Positions 38,814 to 48,957 are shown, numbered from the stretch's first letter. The stretch is 64,000 nt of DNA from an uncultured Poribacteria bacterium (GCA_958296135.2 CATQHZ020000001.1:3520001-3584000); one strand, 5' to 3'. Program-made: numbers and translations. The notes: generated by a model not told the origin, from the sequence alone.

Positions 38814-40424
38814 ATGAACACTAAATATAGCGCAGTGCAGGCACGCGCATTTTCAATTGTCACGGCAATGGTTGTCGTGTTGTTTTCACTCTCGGCAGTC
38901 TTGCTGTCCGGGTGTGAACGGATGACGGAAGTGGTGGCACCACCGGATACCACCGCGACCACGTTAAAGGTTGGCGTGATTCAGCCGTCAAAGTATTATA
39001 CCTCTTTCACCAAAGGTGCGGAACTCGCCCGCGCCGAAATCAACACAGCGGGCGGTGTCCTCGGCATGCAGGTGGCATTTGTCTATCGGGATAACCAGAC
39101 TTCTCCGGACATGTTTCCCACGCCGGAGGCAACTATCCAAGTCGCCACAGAGCTCGTTGAAACAGAGAAAGTCGCGGCGATATTAGGCCCGATTTTCTCA
39201 ACGAACGCGCTGCCACTGGCCCCGGTTGTTGAGATTCCGACACTCACCGCTGCAACGGATGCAAGCGTGACACAGGCAGGCGAGTTTATCTTTATCGTCA
39301 GTGCCCCGAACAGGTTGCACGCGCAAGCCATAGCGGAATTCGCCGCGAATGAGCTCGGCGCAAAAACGGCCGCCACGATTCACCAAGATGGCGATGTCTA
39401 CTCCATAGGACACGTCAACGCGTTCAATATGCGTTTCAAGGCACTCGGTGGAGACATCGCTGTCGCCGATGTTTATCAATCTGGCGACACCGACTTTAGC
39501 GCGCAACTCGCGAAAGTGAAAGCAGCGGCACCGGACGTACTCCTGCTCTCCAGTTGGGCACCCGAAGTGCCCTTGTTGATCAAACAAGCCAAGGAGATGG
39601 AGATTCCTGCAACCCCCATCGGCGGCGATGGATGGGCAGATCCTGCGCTATTTTTCAACACGCTGGAAGATAACACGCCGTTAGACGGAAGTTACTTCAC
39701 ATCCGAACTTTACGACACGACAAATGCGCCGCCAAGCACGCAAACATTTGTCGCAGCCTATACCGAAATGTACGGGATAGCCCCCGATGGTGTGGCAGCG
39801 TCAGGCTATGACGCTATGAAACTCTTGGCCATAGGGATTGAACAAGCAGCATCAACAGAGCCCATCGCCGTGCGCGATGCAGTCGCCGGCATAACCGACT
39901 ACGCTGGGGCCACGCTCATCTCTCGTTACGATGAAAACCGCAACCCTGTCAAAACCCTGAGTGGCGTTTTGGAAATTCGTGACGGGAAAGTCCAACCCTA
40001 CGCCGCAATACCAGAAACGGATACGATGCCGACAGATGAAACATCTGATGCAGGGGACATGACGACAGATACGCCCGCAACGACAGATGAAACCACCGAT
40101 GCGATGGATGCTGACGATGCAGGGGAGATGGATCCCGAGATGACCGCGCCAGAGGCAGAAGATATGAAGACTGATGCCGATGCCGATGCCGCAGACCCGA
40201 AGGATAAGACCGGGGATGGGGATGCTGATGAGGCAGGGAAGACGGATCCCGAGATGACCGCGCCAGAGGCAGAAGATATGAAGCCTGATGCCGATGCAGA
40301 TGCCGCAGACCCGAAGGATAAGACCGGGGATGGGGATGCTGATGAGGCAGGGAAGACGGATCCCGAGATGACCGCGCCAGAGGCAGAAGATATGAAGCCT
40401 GATGACGCAGACCTGAAGAAATAA
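38814..40424 (+). CDS. Branched-chain amino acid ABC substrate-binding lipoprotein (LivJ/LivK-like) with acidic repeat tail
   Basis: Lipobox LSGC; GAELA..EIN..GGVLG, ILGP..S, GDTDFSAQL, GGDGW, GYDA. Confidence 0.88.
   Translation: MNTKYSAVQARAFSIVTAMVVVLFSLSAVLLSGCERMTEVVAPPDTTATTLKVGVIQPSKYYTSFTKGAELARAEINTAGGVLGMQVAFVYRDNQTSPDMFPTPEATIQVATELVETEKVAAILGPIFSTNALPLAPVVEIPTLTAATDASVTQAGEFIFIVSAPNRLHAQAIAEFAANELGAKTAATIHQDGDVYSIGHVNAFNMRFKALGGDIAVADVYQSGDTDFSAQLAKVKAAAPDVLLLSSWAPEVPLLIKQAKEMEIPATPIGGDGWADPALFFNTLEDNTPLDGSYFTSELYDTTNAPPSTQTFVAAYTEMYGIAPDGVAASGYDAMKLLAIGIEQAASTEPIAVRDAVAGITDYAGATLISRYDENRNPVKTLSGVLEIRDGKVQPYAAIPETDTMPTDETSDAGDMTTDTPATTDETTDAMDADDAGEMDPEMTAPEAEDMKTDADADAADPKDKTGDGDADEAGKTDPEMTAPEAEDMKPDADADAADPKDKTGDGDADEAGKTDPEMTAPEAEDMKPDDADLKK
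40110..40405 (+). repeat. 114-bp (38-aa) intragenic tandem repeat
   Basis: GATCCCGAGATGACCGCGCC at 40131, 40245 and 40359. Confidence 0.9.
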
Positions 40425-40452
40425 GTCCGGGGATTCCTCTGAGACAGAAAAG

Positions 40453-40634
40453 GCGGTAGGCGCGCCCACCCTATCTCGATTTCTTGCGGTAGGCGCGCCC
40501 ACCCTGTCTCGATTGCCTGCGGTAGGCGCGCCCACCCTGTCTCGATTGCCTGCGGTAGGAGAGACCTCCTGGTCTCGATTTCTTGCAGTCTTGATTTCTT
40601 GCGGCAGGCGCGCCCCCCCTGTCTCGATTTCTTG
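40453..40634 (+). repeat. Five GTAG REP-like units (first four at a 33-bp period) between convergent genes
   Basis: GCGGTAGGCGCGCCCACCCTGTCTCGAT x3, GTAGGAGAGACCTCCTGGTCTCGAT, plus one degenerate copy. Confidence 0.85.
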
Positions 40635-40642
40635 CTCGGTTT

Positions 40643-41737
40643 CTACATACCGAGCACAACTGACAGAGCCGGCAAATGCGCGACAACCCCTGCGTGGTCT
40701 GACGGCCAGATGCCGGATGGGAGCAGGTCTGGCGTTTTGTCCCCCACCGTGTGCGTTACCACAGGCCCGGCGAGCTCATAATTCCGCACAAAAACCTGGT
40801 CGATGCGATATGACAACCCACTCTCTGCATTTCCGAGCCCGGCGGCTTGACAACAGGTATTCCCCGTAACACCAGCCTCCATCTGCCATACGTCAACATA
40901 TCCTGCCGATAACAGCATCTGGTAGGCAGTGCCCTCAGGTGCCGCCGTGTTAAAATCGCCTAGTAAAATAATAGGCAATGTTTCATCGTGAAGAAGCGTT
41001 AGCAACTCCTGCGCTTGCGCAACCCGAATCGGTTCCCCGAACGCCTCTAGGTGCGTATTAACAACGCGATAGGTAACCCCGCCAACCGTCGCATCTATGG
41101 CGACGTACCCTCTCGGTACCTCCAGGAGGAGGGTTTCAATAGAGAGCGCGTTCATAAAATTCGCGCTTTCCACGCGTGAAACGCCGACATCGCTGCGCGC
41201 GAGGAGCACATCAAAGTCAGTCAGCCGCGCGTCGTCAATCCCGGCATCAGTGAACATCGGCATCTCAATGTCAATGTTTTCGACTTTAGCGGCAACCTGA
41301 TAACTCAAGCCTTCCGCTTGTAGTGCGTCCATCAAAATTTGCAAAAAATCGAGGACGACTTCTTCCGCCTGCACTTCGCCTCCGGCAATCCTATCTCCCG
41401 GGGACTGCAGCCTCACCAAAGATACCTCTTGTAATCCGACGATGTGCGGTTGCGCAGTCTTGATAGACTTGGCAATTGCCGTGGCGCGCGCCGGAAAATC
41501 CGAGGCGATAACACCGTTATACATGTTGGCGACTTCTGTCGGCACCTGCAGCAGATTCGTTGTGGCCAGAAGCGGGTCCGCGCTCGCACCAACGTAGACG
41601 TTGTAAGTCATTACCGACAGCTGTTCCACTTCGGGGGCATCAACAGGCGGTGCGATAATTGTGTCGCTCATTTTCTCACATCCGGAAAGGATAGCGAGGC
41701 ATATAAACAACGAAAAAACAATTTTGACTCGTGACAT
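40643..41737 (-). CDS. Endonuclease/exonuclease/phosphatase family lipoprotein
   Basis: Lipobox LSGC; VMTYNV, GLQEV, NTHLE, GDFN, RIDQVF, PSDHAGV. Confidence 0.88.
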   Translation of the reverse strand: MSRVKIVFSLFICLAILSGCEKMSDTIIAPPVDAPEVEQLSVMTYNVYVGASADPLLATTNLLQVPTEVANMYNGVIASDFPARATAIAKSIKTAQPHIVGLQEVSLVRLQSPGDRIAGGEVQAEEVVLDFLQILMDALQAEGLSYQVAAKVENIDIEMPMFTDAGIDDARLTDFDVLLARSDVGVSRVESANFMNALSIETLLLEVPRGYVAIDATVGGVTYRVVNTHLEAFGEPIRVAQAQELLTLLHDETLPIILLGDFNTAAPEGTAYQMLLSAGYVDVWQMEAGVTGNTCCQAAGLGNAESGLSYRIDQVFVRNYELAGPVVTHTVGDKTPDLLPSGIWPSDHAGVVAHLPALSVVLGM

Positions 41738-41830
41738 AATTTCATATCTCCTTTCAATTATTACAGAAATTAGCCAAGGCGCACCCCGCGTAAGCGGAGA
41801 CGCAGAAGCAGTTTTCTTGCCAAGGCATCC

Positions 41831-43255
41831 TTACCGAACGCTTGGCGACAATACAGAAGAGGCATACAAAAACTCCCCGTCCATCGCGGTTAATTTGACA
41901 CGTAGAATGTGGTTAATCGATGCCTCCGGCGTATCGACGAGGACACGCAGATAGTTATCCGTAAAGCCGGCAAGGTGTTGCGCTTGTCCCTCGCGGCTAT
42001 CTTCAACGAGCAATTCCGTATCCTTTCCAAGCATCCGTCGTCGAAACGCCGTGCCGAGTTGCTGGCCTAACTGAATCATTGCGCGGCTCCGCGCGGCGGA
42101 GACATGCGGTGGAACCTGGGCTTCGTAGGTGGCAGCAGGCGTGCCTTTGCGGGGCGAATACCGAAACACATGCAGCTGACTGAAGCCAATCTGCTCCACA
42201 AATTGAAGGGATGTCTCAAAATCGGCATCGGTTTCACCGGGAAACCCTACCATGATGTCGGTAGTCATCCCGACATCATCGGTGAAGAGCGTCCGCAGTC
42301 TCTCAACGAGGTGTGCGAACTGCGCCGTGGTATAGCGGCGCCGCATGCGCTGCAAGACGTTATCAGCACCGGATTGCAGTGGGAGATGGAAGTGCGGCAT
42401 ACACTTCGGCAATGCGGCCATCCGTTCCGCGAGGACATCTGGAAAATACATCGGTTCAATGGAACTGAACCGGATGCGCGTGATGCCTTCAATTCCGTGA
42501 ATCCGTTCTAAAATGTCGGCGATATCCTTGTCTCTACCCGAATCCAACCCATAAGCACCGAGGTGCACACCGGTGATAACGATTTCCTTAATGCCGTTGT
42601 CCGCGATGCGACGCGCTTCGTCCACGATGTCGGCAAGTGGACGGCTCGTCATGCGGCCGCGCACATAAGGGATAATGCAGTAAGTGCAGAAGGCACTGCA
42701 CCCATCTTGCACCTTGATAAGCGCGCGCGTCCGTTTCCCCGCGCTACTCACCCCGCTGCTGAACCGTGCGTGTTCTCGAACTGCGTCGTGTTTTTCGTAT
42801 TGGCGCAATGCGTTTGATAACGTCTCCGGTGCAATGAAGTCACTCTTCGTAGCACCGCGCGCCCCTTTGTTGCCTGCGGCGTTCCTCTGGCTGATTTGTT
42901 CAGCATCTAATGCGTCCAGATACGTCTGAAAATCCGCCTTTTCGCGATTGCCGAAGACCACGGTGACACCCGGAATCTTCTCTATCGCCCCCCGGTCGCT
43001 CTCAGCGTAGCACCCTGTGACAAGCACTTTCGCATCGGGTGCTTCTCGGAGCACCCGGCGGATAACCTGACGTGCCTTCTGGTCTGCAGTATTTGTGACG
43101 GTGCAGGTATTAATAAGATAGAGATCGGCGCGAGGCGTTTCCTCAACGACAGTGTAGCCGTTGCGAAGAAGCGTCTCCTGCATCGACTGCGTATCGTATT
43201 GGTTCACCTTGCATCCCATTGTAATGAGTTTAACTGTTTTCATCTCTATAGACAT
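41831..43255 (-). CDS. mtaB: tRNA t6A37 methylthiotransferase
   Basis: MGCKVNQYD, NTCTVT, VTGCYA, KVQDGCSAFCTYC, FSSIEP, HLPLQSG. Confidence 0.93.
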   Translation of the reverse strand: MSIEMKTVKLITMGCKVNQYDTQSMQETLLRNGYTVVEETPRADLYLINTCTVTNTADQKARQVIRRVLREAPDAKVLVTGCYAESDRGAIEKIPGVTVVFGNREKADFQTYLDALDAEQISQRNAAGNKGARGATKSDFIAPETLSNALRQYEKHDAVREHARFSSGVSSAGKRTRALIKVQDGCSAFCTYCIIPYVRGRMTSRPLADIVDEARRIADNGIKEIVITGVHLGAYGLDSGRDKDIADILERIHGIEGITRIRFSSIEPMYFPDVLAERMAALPKCMPHFHLPLQSGADNVLQRMRRRYTTAQFAHLVERLRTLFTDDVGMTTDIMVGFPGETDADFETSLQFVEQIGFSQLHVFRYSPRKGTPAATYEAQVPPHVSAARSRAMIQLGQQLGTAFRRRMLGKDTELLVEDSREGQAQHLAGFTDNYLRVLVDTPEASINHILRVKLTAMDGEFLYASSVLSPSVR

Positions 43256-43380
43256 TAAGGGACTAACGGTGCTTCATCTACCTATTGCGAGGGGCACCCT
43301 CGGCGATTAGTGATCGCCGGGCCCTCGCGCTGCAGTAACTAGGGATTCCGAAGGACCGGCCCTCGCTCTTGGTTAATTGC

Positions 43381-44148
43381 CTACGGATAGTATTCATAAA
43401 CGACAACTGCGACGCAGGCAATCGCAGCTGTTTCTGTCCGCAAGATATGCCGCCCGAGTGTTACAGGAATGCATCCCTTTTCTCTCGCAGCGTTCACCTC
43501 TTCCGTCGAGAATCCGCCTTCCGGTCCGATAAAAATGGCGATGGCTTCTGCGGGTGGTGCTTGCCCTTCCCACTTTTCACGTAGGGCGATGGCTTGTCCT
43601 GCGCGATGCCTCAACACTGTTTTGATATGTCGTTCCTGCTCATTTTCGCTGCAGATTAGGCAGAGCGCGAACTTCTCTATCTGCGTAAGACACTCTTCAA
43701 ACTCTTGTGCGCGTGACAATTCGGGTAGCCAAGCGCGTCTGCATTGCTTTGTCGCGGAGACAACGACGCGCTGCCACCTTTCACACCGTTTCTGGCTCGG
43801 CTTTTGCAGCGAACGTTGCGAATGCATCGGCACAACCTGTGTCACACCGAGTTCTGTCGTTTTCTGCAGAATGAGCTCCATTTTATCATGCTTTGGCATT
43901 CCCTGAAAAAGCGTGAGTGACGGCGAAATCGGCGCGTGAAATGCATGAGACAGAACCTCTGCCTGTGTTGCAACTGCCATCTCCGTATCAAGCACGGTCG
44001 CGATATAGACTGTCCCCTCGCCATCAATAAGAGAGATATTCTCCCCCGGTCGGACACGGAGCACATTCCGGAGATGGTGATGCTCATGCCCTGTAATTGT
44101 CGCGATGTCTCCCTCAAACTGCGAAGGCGCGGCATAAAAGGTGTGCAT
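43381..44148 (-). CDS. rsmE: 16S rRNA m3U1498 methyltransferase
   Basis: HHL.NVLR, ILQKTTELGV, A.KQC.R, IGPEGGFS, LG.HILRTETA. Confidence 0.93.
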   Translation of the reverse strand: MHTFYAAPSQFEGDIATITGHEHHHLRNVLRVRPGENISLIDGEGTVYIATVLDTEMAVATQAEVLSHAFHAPISPSLTLFQGMPKHDKMELILQKTTELGVTQVVPMHSQRSLQKPSQKRCERWQRVVVSATKQCRRAWLPELSRAQEFEECLTQIEKFALCLICSENEQERHIKTVLRHRAGQAIALREKWEGQAPPAEAIAIFIGPEGGFSTEEVNAAREKGCIPVTLGRHILRTETAAIACVAVVVYEYYP

Positions 44149-44245
44149 CTGTCTCACCGTTCCGTTTAACGTAAGTGTAACGTACGCGCCCGTTGCTCCA
44201 GAGCATGCAGTCGTATTGCCGAATGTCGCATATAGAAATCCGCCC

Positions 44246-44908
44246 TTACCCTTGCCGCAACTTTTCAATGACGACTGCCGGCTGCGGGCTTCGGAAAATA
44301 GCCGTTCCTGCGACAAGAATCGTCGCACCCTTTTGGACTGCTAGCGGCGCGATTGCCGGCGTTACGCCGCCGTCAACCGAAATCTCAACGGCGAGGTTTT
44401 GTGCGTCAATCATTTGACGCAATCGCGCTATTTTTGCAAGGGCACTCCGTTGAAATGTTTGTCCTCCACGGCCCGGTTCAACGCTCATCGGTAGCACCAG
44501 ATCGAGCTGCGAAAGATAAGGGATAACCGTATCAATAGAGGTTTCCGGCGATAAGGCTAAACCGACCTTGATGCCGCGCGCTTTAATTCCGGCGATGACC
44601 GCGGCTGGTGCATCGGCACTTTCGATGTGGAACGTAATCATATCCGCCCCTGCCGTTGCGAGCGCATCCAGATAACGGAATGGGTGCGTTACCATGATGT
44701 GAACATCAAAAGGCACATCTGTCGTTTTGCGGAGCGCGGCGATAGTCAACGGACTGATGGCAAAATAGGGAACAAATTCGCCATCCATGACATCAAAATG
44801 GAGCAGATCTGCCCCGGCTGCGACTATTCGCGTCACCTCCTCACCGAATCGGGTAAAATCAGATGCCAGCATCGAAGGGGCAATTTTCAGTTTAAACATG
44901 TTTTTCAA
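44246..44908 (-). CDS. rpe: Ribulose-phosphate 3-epimerase
   Basis: IAPSMLASDF, HFDVMDG.FVP, DVHIMV, MSVEPG, VDGGV, VAGTAIF. Confidence 0.93.
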   Translation of the reverse strand: MKNMFKLKIAPSMLASDFTRFGEEVTRIVAAGADLLHFDVMDGEFVPYFAISPLTIAALRKTTDVPFDVHIMVTHPFRYLDALATAGADMITFHIESADAPAAVIAGIKARGIKVGLALSPETSIDTVIPYLSQLDLVLPMSVEPGRGGQTFQRSALAKIARLRQMIDAQNLAVEISVDGGVTPAIAPLAVQKGATILVAGTAIFRSPQPAVVIEKLRQG

Positions 44909-45076
44909 CTACGATTGACGCAGAACCAAATGCAACGGAACAAACTTGAAATTGGGCGGATAGAGACATCCGCCCTTACATTTTCTAGGCACCCTCGGCG
45001 ACAGAACAAACCCGGGAGGCGCGGTCGCCAATCGTGCACATTTGAAAAGCATGCCTAGGGATAAGAATGCCGGAAC

Positions 45077-46054
45077 CTATTGATAATGAATTTCAGGCAA
45101 TCTATTCCCATCTTCGTATATGTTCACACGTGTGCTACCGAAAACCCGAACGCCTTGCCTATCCAAGTCAACCACAGTGCCGGGGGCATAGTGCCGGTCT
45201 ACCACGGTGCGTTCGCCGTGTTCATCACTGACAACGATTCGGATATGTCGCGACAGATTCCCCTCCTCGCTCACTAGGTGCTTCAGGGGGAGCAATCGCC
45301 CGATGTCTTTCGTTTCCCTTCGCGCGCCGCTGACTTCAAGTTGAACGGTGCTGCCGCCTTGGATGAGTTCACCTGCGGCAGGTTTATGCGTAATAATGCG
45401 CCCCTTCGGAATCTTCGGGTGCGGACTATACTGGATTTCAACCTTGAGCCCTACCTCTTCTAGTTTCGGTCCCACCTCTCTCACAGGCTGTGTGCGGAGA
45501 TCTGGCAGTTGGATGCTTTGCGGCATTGCGCCGAGACTCACCAAGAGGTTCACATCGCTCCCCCGCTGTTGTCCACCCCCTTCAGGTGGCGATTGCGCGA
45601 TGACGGTATTCGGCAGATACTTCGCCGAATGGACGTAGGCGAACCGGTTGGGCCGAAACCCTGCGGCGGTGAGTGTCGCGCGCGCCTCATCCAGCTGTTT
45701 TCCGATAACAGAGATAACCGGTGCCAACTCCGCACCGATGCTCACGGCAATTTCAACCGGCTGATACGACTTGATCCGGAAATTCGCCGGCGGATTTTGG
45801 GAGACGATTTCGCCTTTGGGCGTGGTGCTACTCGCTTCCAGAATAGTCTCAGCGGGACGCAACCCGGCTTCATCAAGCACGCGCACCGCTTCATAATAGG
45901 GCTTCCCGGTGACGTTCGGGACAACGACTTCCTCCGTCCGGACCCACCGTGGCATCACCACAAGAATCGTCAGCACGCCGACAATGCCGAGCACAATCAA
46001 GCAATAAAGCAACACTTTGAATATCGCAAATAAGGGATTGTTGATGCCTTTCAT
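45077..46054 (-). CDS. PASTA domain-containing membrane protein
   Basis: N-terminal TM then three VP...G.....A...L...G......G.VI.Q.P repeats. Confidence 0.88.
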   Translation of the reverse strand: MKGINNPLFAIFKVLLYCLIVLGIVGVLTILVVMPRWVRTEEVVVPNVTGKPYYEAVRVLDEAGLRPAETILEASSTTPKGEIVSQNPPANFRIKSYQPVEIAVSIGAELAPVISVIGKQLDEARATLTAAGFRPNRFAYVHSAKYLPNTVIAQSPPEGGGQQRGSDVNLLVSLGAMPQSIQLPDLRTQPVREVGPKLEEVGLKVEIQYSPHPKIPKGRIITHKPAAGELIQGGSTVQLEVSGARRETKDIGRLLPLKHLVSEEGNLSRHIRIVVSDEHGERTVVDRHYAPGTVVDLDRQGVRVFGSTRVNIYEDGNRLPEIHYQ

Positions 46055-46146
46055 TTTTTGGGATTTCCTAGCGGTGGTTTGACATTGTCCCCCAAAACAC
46101 TAAAACTTGCACTCTTTCGATTAGCCACGTCACCCCCCGCGTAAAG

Positions 46147-47190
46147 TCACGTTATCAAACGCGGGGCGACACTACAAAATCTCTCGCCGGTTTTCAGGTG
46201 GTATCCGTTTACAAAATCGCGCGCGTCCATCGCCTTCTTCGTTGCAGGTTGAACTTGCAAGAGTTGAAGCGTTCCTTCCCCCGTTGCGACGAGCAGCTGC
46301 GGTTCACCCGCTTCCACCCTCCCGTAGCGCGGGGGCCTGTCCGCCGCGTTTCTGACAATCTCAATTGTTCCCGGAAGCAAGGTGGGTGCCTGCTGCAGTG
46401 GCAGACAGCGGAGAATCTTGAGTCGCATATCCTCCCTGAAAAAGGCATACGCGCCGGGCCAACCTGCGGTGCCTCTCACGAGATTGTGGATAGCGGTTGC
46501 GGCGCAGTGCCAGTCAATGTGCCCTGTCTCCTTTGTGAGGCGCGGTGCGTGCGTCGCTTCGTCGTGATGCTGCGGCATCGAGAGGGGTGGCGCGCCCGCC
46601 GGCATCTCTGTCAGCACCTGCACCAACAACTTGGCACCGAGGCACGCTAACTTCTCCATCAACGTTCCGGTTGTATCCTCATCCCCAATGAGAATCCGTT
46701 CTGCACAGATAATCTCGCCGGTATCCTCTCCCGCGTCCAGCAACATCAGCGTGATGCCTGTCTCGGGCTCGCCGTTGATTAGTGCCCATTGCACCGGGGC
46801 AGCCCCTCGGTACTTCGGAAGGAGAGATGGATGCAGGTTGATAGTACCGCACGGCGGGATGTCCAACATCGCTTGCGGCAGCAGCTGCCCGAAAGCGGCG
46901 ACGATGATGACATCCGGCGCGAGGCGTTCCAGCGTTCGGATAAAACTGCGCCGCCGAACCTTTTCCGGTTGATAAACCGGTAGGTTGTGCTGTTCCGCTA
47001 CCACCTTGACAAGCGGCGGCGTAAGTTGTCTGCCGCGTCCACTGCGCCGGTCGGGCTGCGTAACGACACCGATGAGCTCATATTTGTGGGCTATTAATGC
47101 GCTCAGTGCCGGAACCGCAAATTCACTGGTGCCCATAAAGAGAATTTTCGTCTGTCGCAATGCGTTTGATAACGTTTTCCGTGCAATCAC
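46147..47190 (-). CDS. fmt: Methionyl-tRNA formyltransferase
   Basis: ILFMGT.EFAVP.L, VTQPDR..GRG, INLHPSLLPKYRGAAP, WPGA. Confidence 0.95.
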   Translation of the reverse strand: MIARKTLSNALRQTKILFMGTSEFAVPALSALIAHKYELIGVVTQPDRRSGRGRQLTPPLVKVVAEQHNLPVYQPEKVRRRSFIRTLERLAPDVIIVAAFGQLLPQAMLDIPPCGTINLHPSLLPKYRGAAPVQWALINGEPETGITLMLLDAGEDTGEIICAERILIGDEDTTGTLMEKLACLGAKLLVQVLTEMPAGAPPLSMPQHHDEATHAPRLTKETGHIDWHCAATAIHNLVRGTAGWPGAYAFFREDMRLKILRCLPLQQAPTLLPGTIEIVRNAADRPPRYGRVEAGEPQLLVATGEGTLQLLQVQPATKKAMDARDFVNGYHLKTGERFCSVAPRLIT

Positions 47191-47258
47191 GTATCTGTTC
47201 CTTTGAACCTACACAAATCGAGACAAGAGCAGAGATAACGTCTATTGCGTTACCATCT

Positions 47259-48431
47259 CTACCGTGTGGTTTGCAGCGAGTATCTCGCTGGAGGAACCCT
47301 CAAAGCACGTGACATTTCCGCTATGAAAATACCGCGTGCGCCGTTCAAATCCCTGTCACACCGATGACCGTCTGCATCAGTAATCACCTTCGCACCGCCG
47401 AGGTTCTCGACAATGTTACCTGTCCAGCTAATCGTCTTTGACGTATATGCTTCATTGGCATCAACTACAAGAACACCGTATTCCTTCGCCTTTTGCTTCA
47501 GGAACATTTTGAACTGGTAATGCGATAACGTGAGCATTTGTCGGACAGACTTTTTACGGAGCTTCCTCGCACCACGCTTTGTCATCTGCTTTGTTTCAAA
47601 CGTCGGCAGCAGGATAACGTCGTAAGTATTGACAAGGAAGTGTGCAACTTTCTTGTGTAGTTCCTTCACAAGATTACGGATTTTTAACTGAATCTTCTGT
47701 GCGCATTTTCGCAAGGTGCGCCGTAGCGGACGCTTTACTTGTGTTGCGCGGGCGTAGAGATTATCTGCATGTTGGCAGAGCCTCTGGATACGATTAATTG
47801 CATGATGTCCGAGCCAGCCGAACGCCGTTTCAGAAAACATTGTCATGAACGTCCGAACGCCAGGGTCGAGTGCTACGATATGTCCGCTTGAGTCTCGCGG
47901 TTTTGTTTTCTCGATGTAGCTGACGTTCATATAAAACCTGTCATGTTGCATGACGATGCGACTCTCCTTTACCTCAGATTCATGGTCACGTTCCGCCTTC
48001 TTGCCAGGACCTTGCGGCTTCGCGGGGAGCGGTTCTGTCATCTTCATTTCACCGAGTAAGCGGACATAAAAACCATGAGTTTTGATGAACTGCGCACACA
48101 GGTAAAACGACTTTGTGGTGTTCTTCTTCCTGCGGAACTTTACGCGTTGCGGTTCACCTGTTTCCTTCCACTTTCGCCGTGCTGCAGTCACCGCTTTCTG
48201 TGCATCCATCACTGCACCGACACGGATATGTCGAGGACAATTCGATGTCCACTCAGGCAGTGTTTTTAGCAAGTCGGGCGCATACACCTTGCGTCCTTTG
48301 TTAAACTGCTTCACCGCCTCGTTGTAGACGTAACGTGAGATACCTTCCCACCTACGGAGTCTCGCTTTCTGTGCCGTTGTGGGTAAGATTTCGATCTGCT
48401 TTGATTTCGTCACGGTAGCGTCGGAGTCCAT
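47259..48431 (-). CDS. tnpB: IS607 TnpB RNA-guided endonuclease
   Basis: SRYVYN, RuvC-I ALDPGVRTF, NEAYTSKT, RuvC-III DRDLNGARGI; start uncertain because the frame is open to 48830. Confidence 0.9.
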   Translation of the reverse strand: MDSDATVTKSKQIEILPTTAQKARLRRWEGISRYVYNEAVKQFNKGRKVYAPDLLKTLPEWTSNCPRHIRVGAVMDAQKAVTAARRKWKETGEPQRVKFRRKKNTTKSFYLCAQFIKTHGFYVRLLGEMKMTEPLPAKPQGPGKKAERDHESEVKESRIVMQHDRFYMNVSYIEKTKPRDSSGHIVALDPGVRTFMTMFSETAFGWLGHHAINRIQRLCQHADNLYARATQVKRPLRRTLRKCAQKIQLKIRNLVKELHKKVAHFLVNTYDVILLPTFETKQMTKRGARKLRKKSVRQMLTLSHYQFKMFLKQKAKEYGVLVVDANEAYTSKTISWTGNIVENLGGAKVITDADGHRCDRDLNGARGIFIAEMSRALRVPPARYSLQTTR

Positions 48432-48957
48432 ACATCCGTGAGGAAAAGACGTGGAGAATCTCCAGCAAATCGGAAGTAAGTTCCTGTTCGGGACTGTGAG
48501 TAGTTTGGTTGAGAACCACGACTTCTCCACCGTTTTGCTCGATAAGATATCGAATGACTTCGCTGCCGAAGCGGGCGAGTCTATCCCGATGGGCGACCAC
48601 AACGCGGCGTTTATCACCGCACAGGACTCTGTCCAATATCCGCTGGAGGCCTTTTCGCTTGAAGTTAATGCCACTGCCGAAGTCTTGGATAACTTCCGCT
48701 TGGGGGAACTTTTCTTGCATGTAGGCGACTTGCGAGGCGAGGGCGTCCGCCTGCGCTTTTCCGCTGACGCGGCAGTAGCAAATGGTAGAAATGTCTGGTT
48801 TTCGTTGAGCATCAACAAACTTCTGGACATCGTAACGCCGATGACCGCCTCCAGTGCGCACGCAGTCGATTTCGCCGCGGGCTTCCATCCTGCGAAGGTG
48901 CTCGATGGAAATATCCAACACCTGCGCAGCGTTTTGTGGTGACATTAGGTGATTCAT
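48352..48957 (-). CDS. tnpA: IS607 transposase (MerR-like HTH + serine recombinase)
   Basis: AA..L.IS...LRR.E..G......T.GGHRRY; YCRVS, D.GSG.NFKRKG, VAHRDRLARFG, FS.R.YG.R. Confidence 0.93.
   Translation of the reverse strand: MNHLMSPQNAAQVLDISIEHLRRMEARGEIDCVRTGGGHRRYDVQKFVDAQRKPDISTICYCRVSGKAQADALASQVAYMQEKFPQAEVIQDFGSGINFKRKGLQRILDRVLCGDKRRVVVAHRDRLARFGSEVIRYLIEQNGGEVVVLNQTTHSPEQELTSDLLEILHVFSSRMYGLRRYRDEIKADRNLTHNGTESETP

Noticed and set aside
40453-40634. Possible CRISPR array (also 2228-2318 and 38086-38206)
   Set aside because: The period is only ~33 bp with ~8-nt linkers, there are no unique spacers and no cas genes; the units are dispersed REP-like repeats
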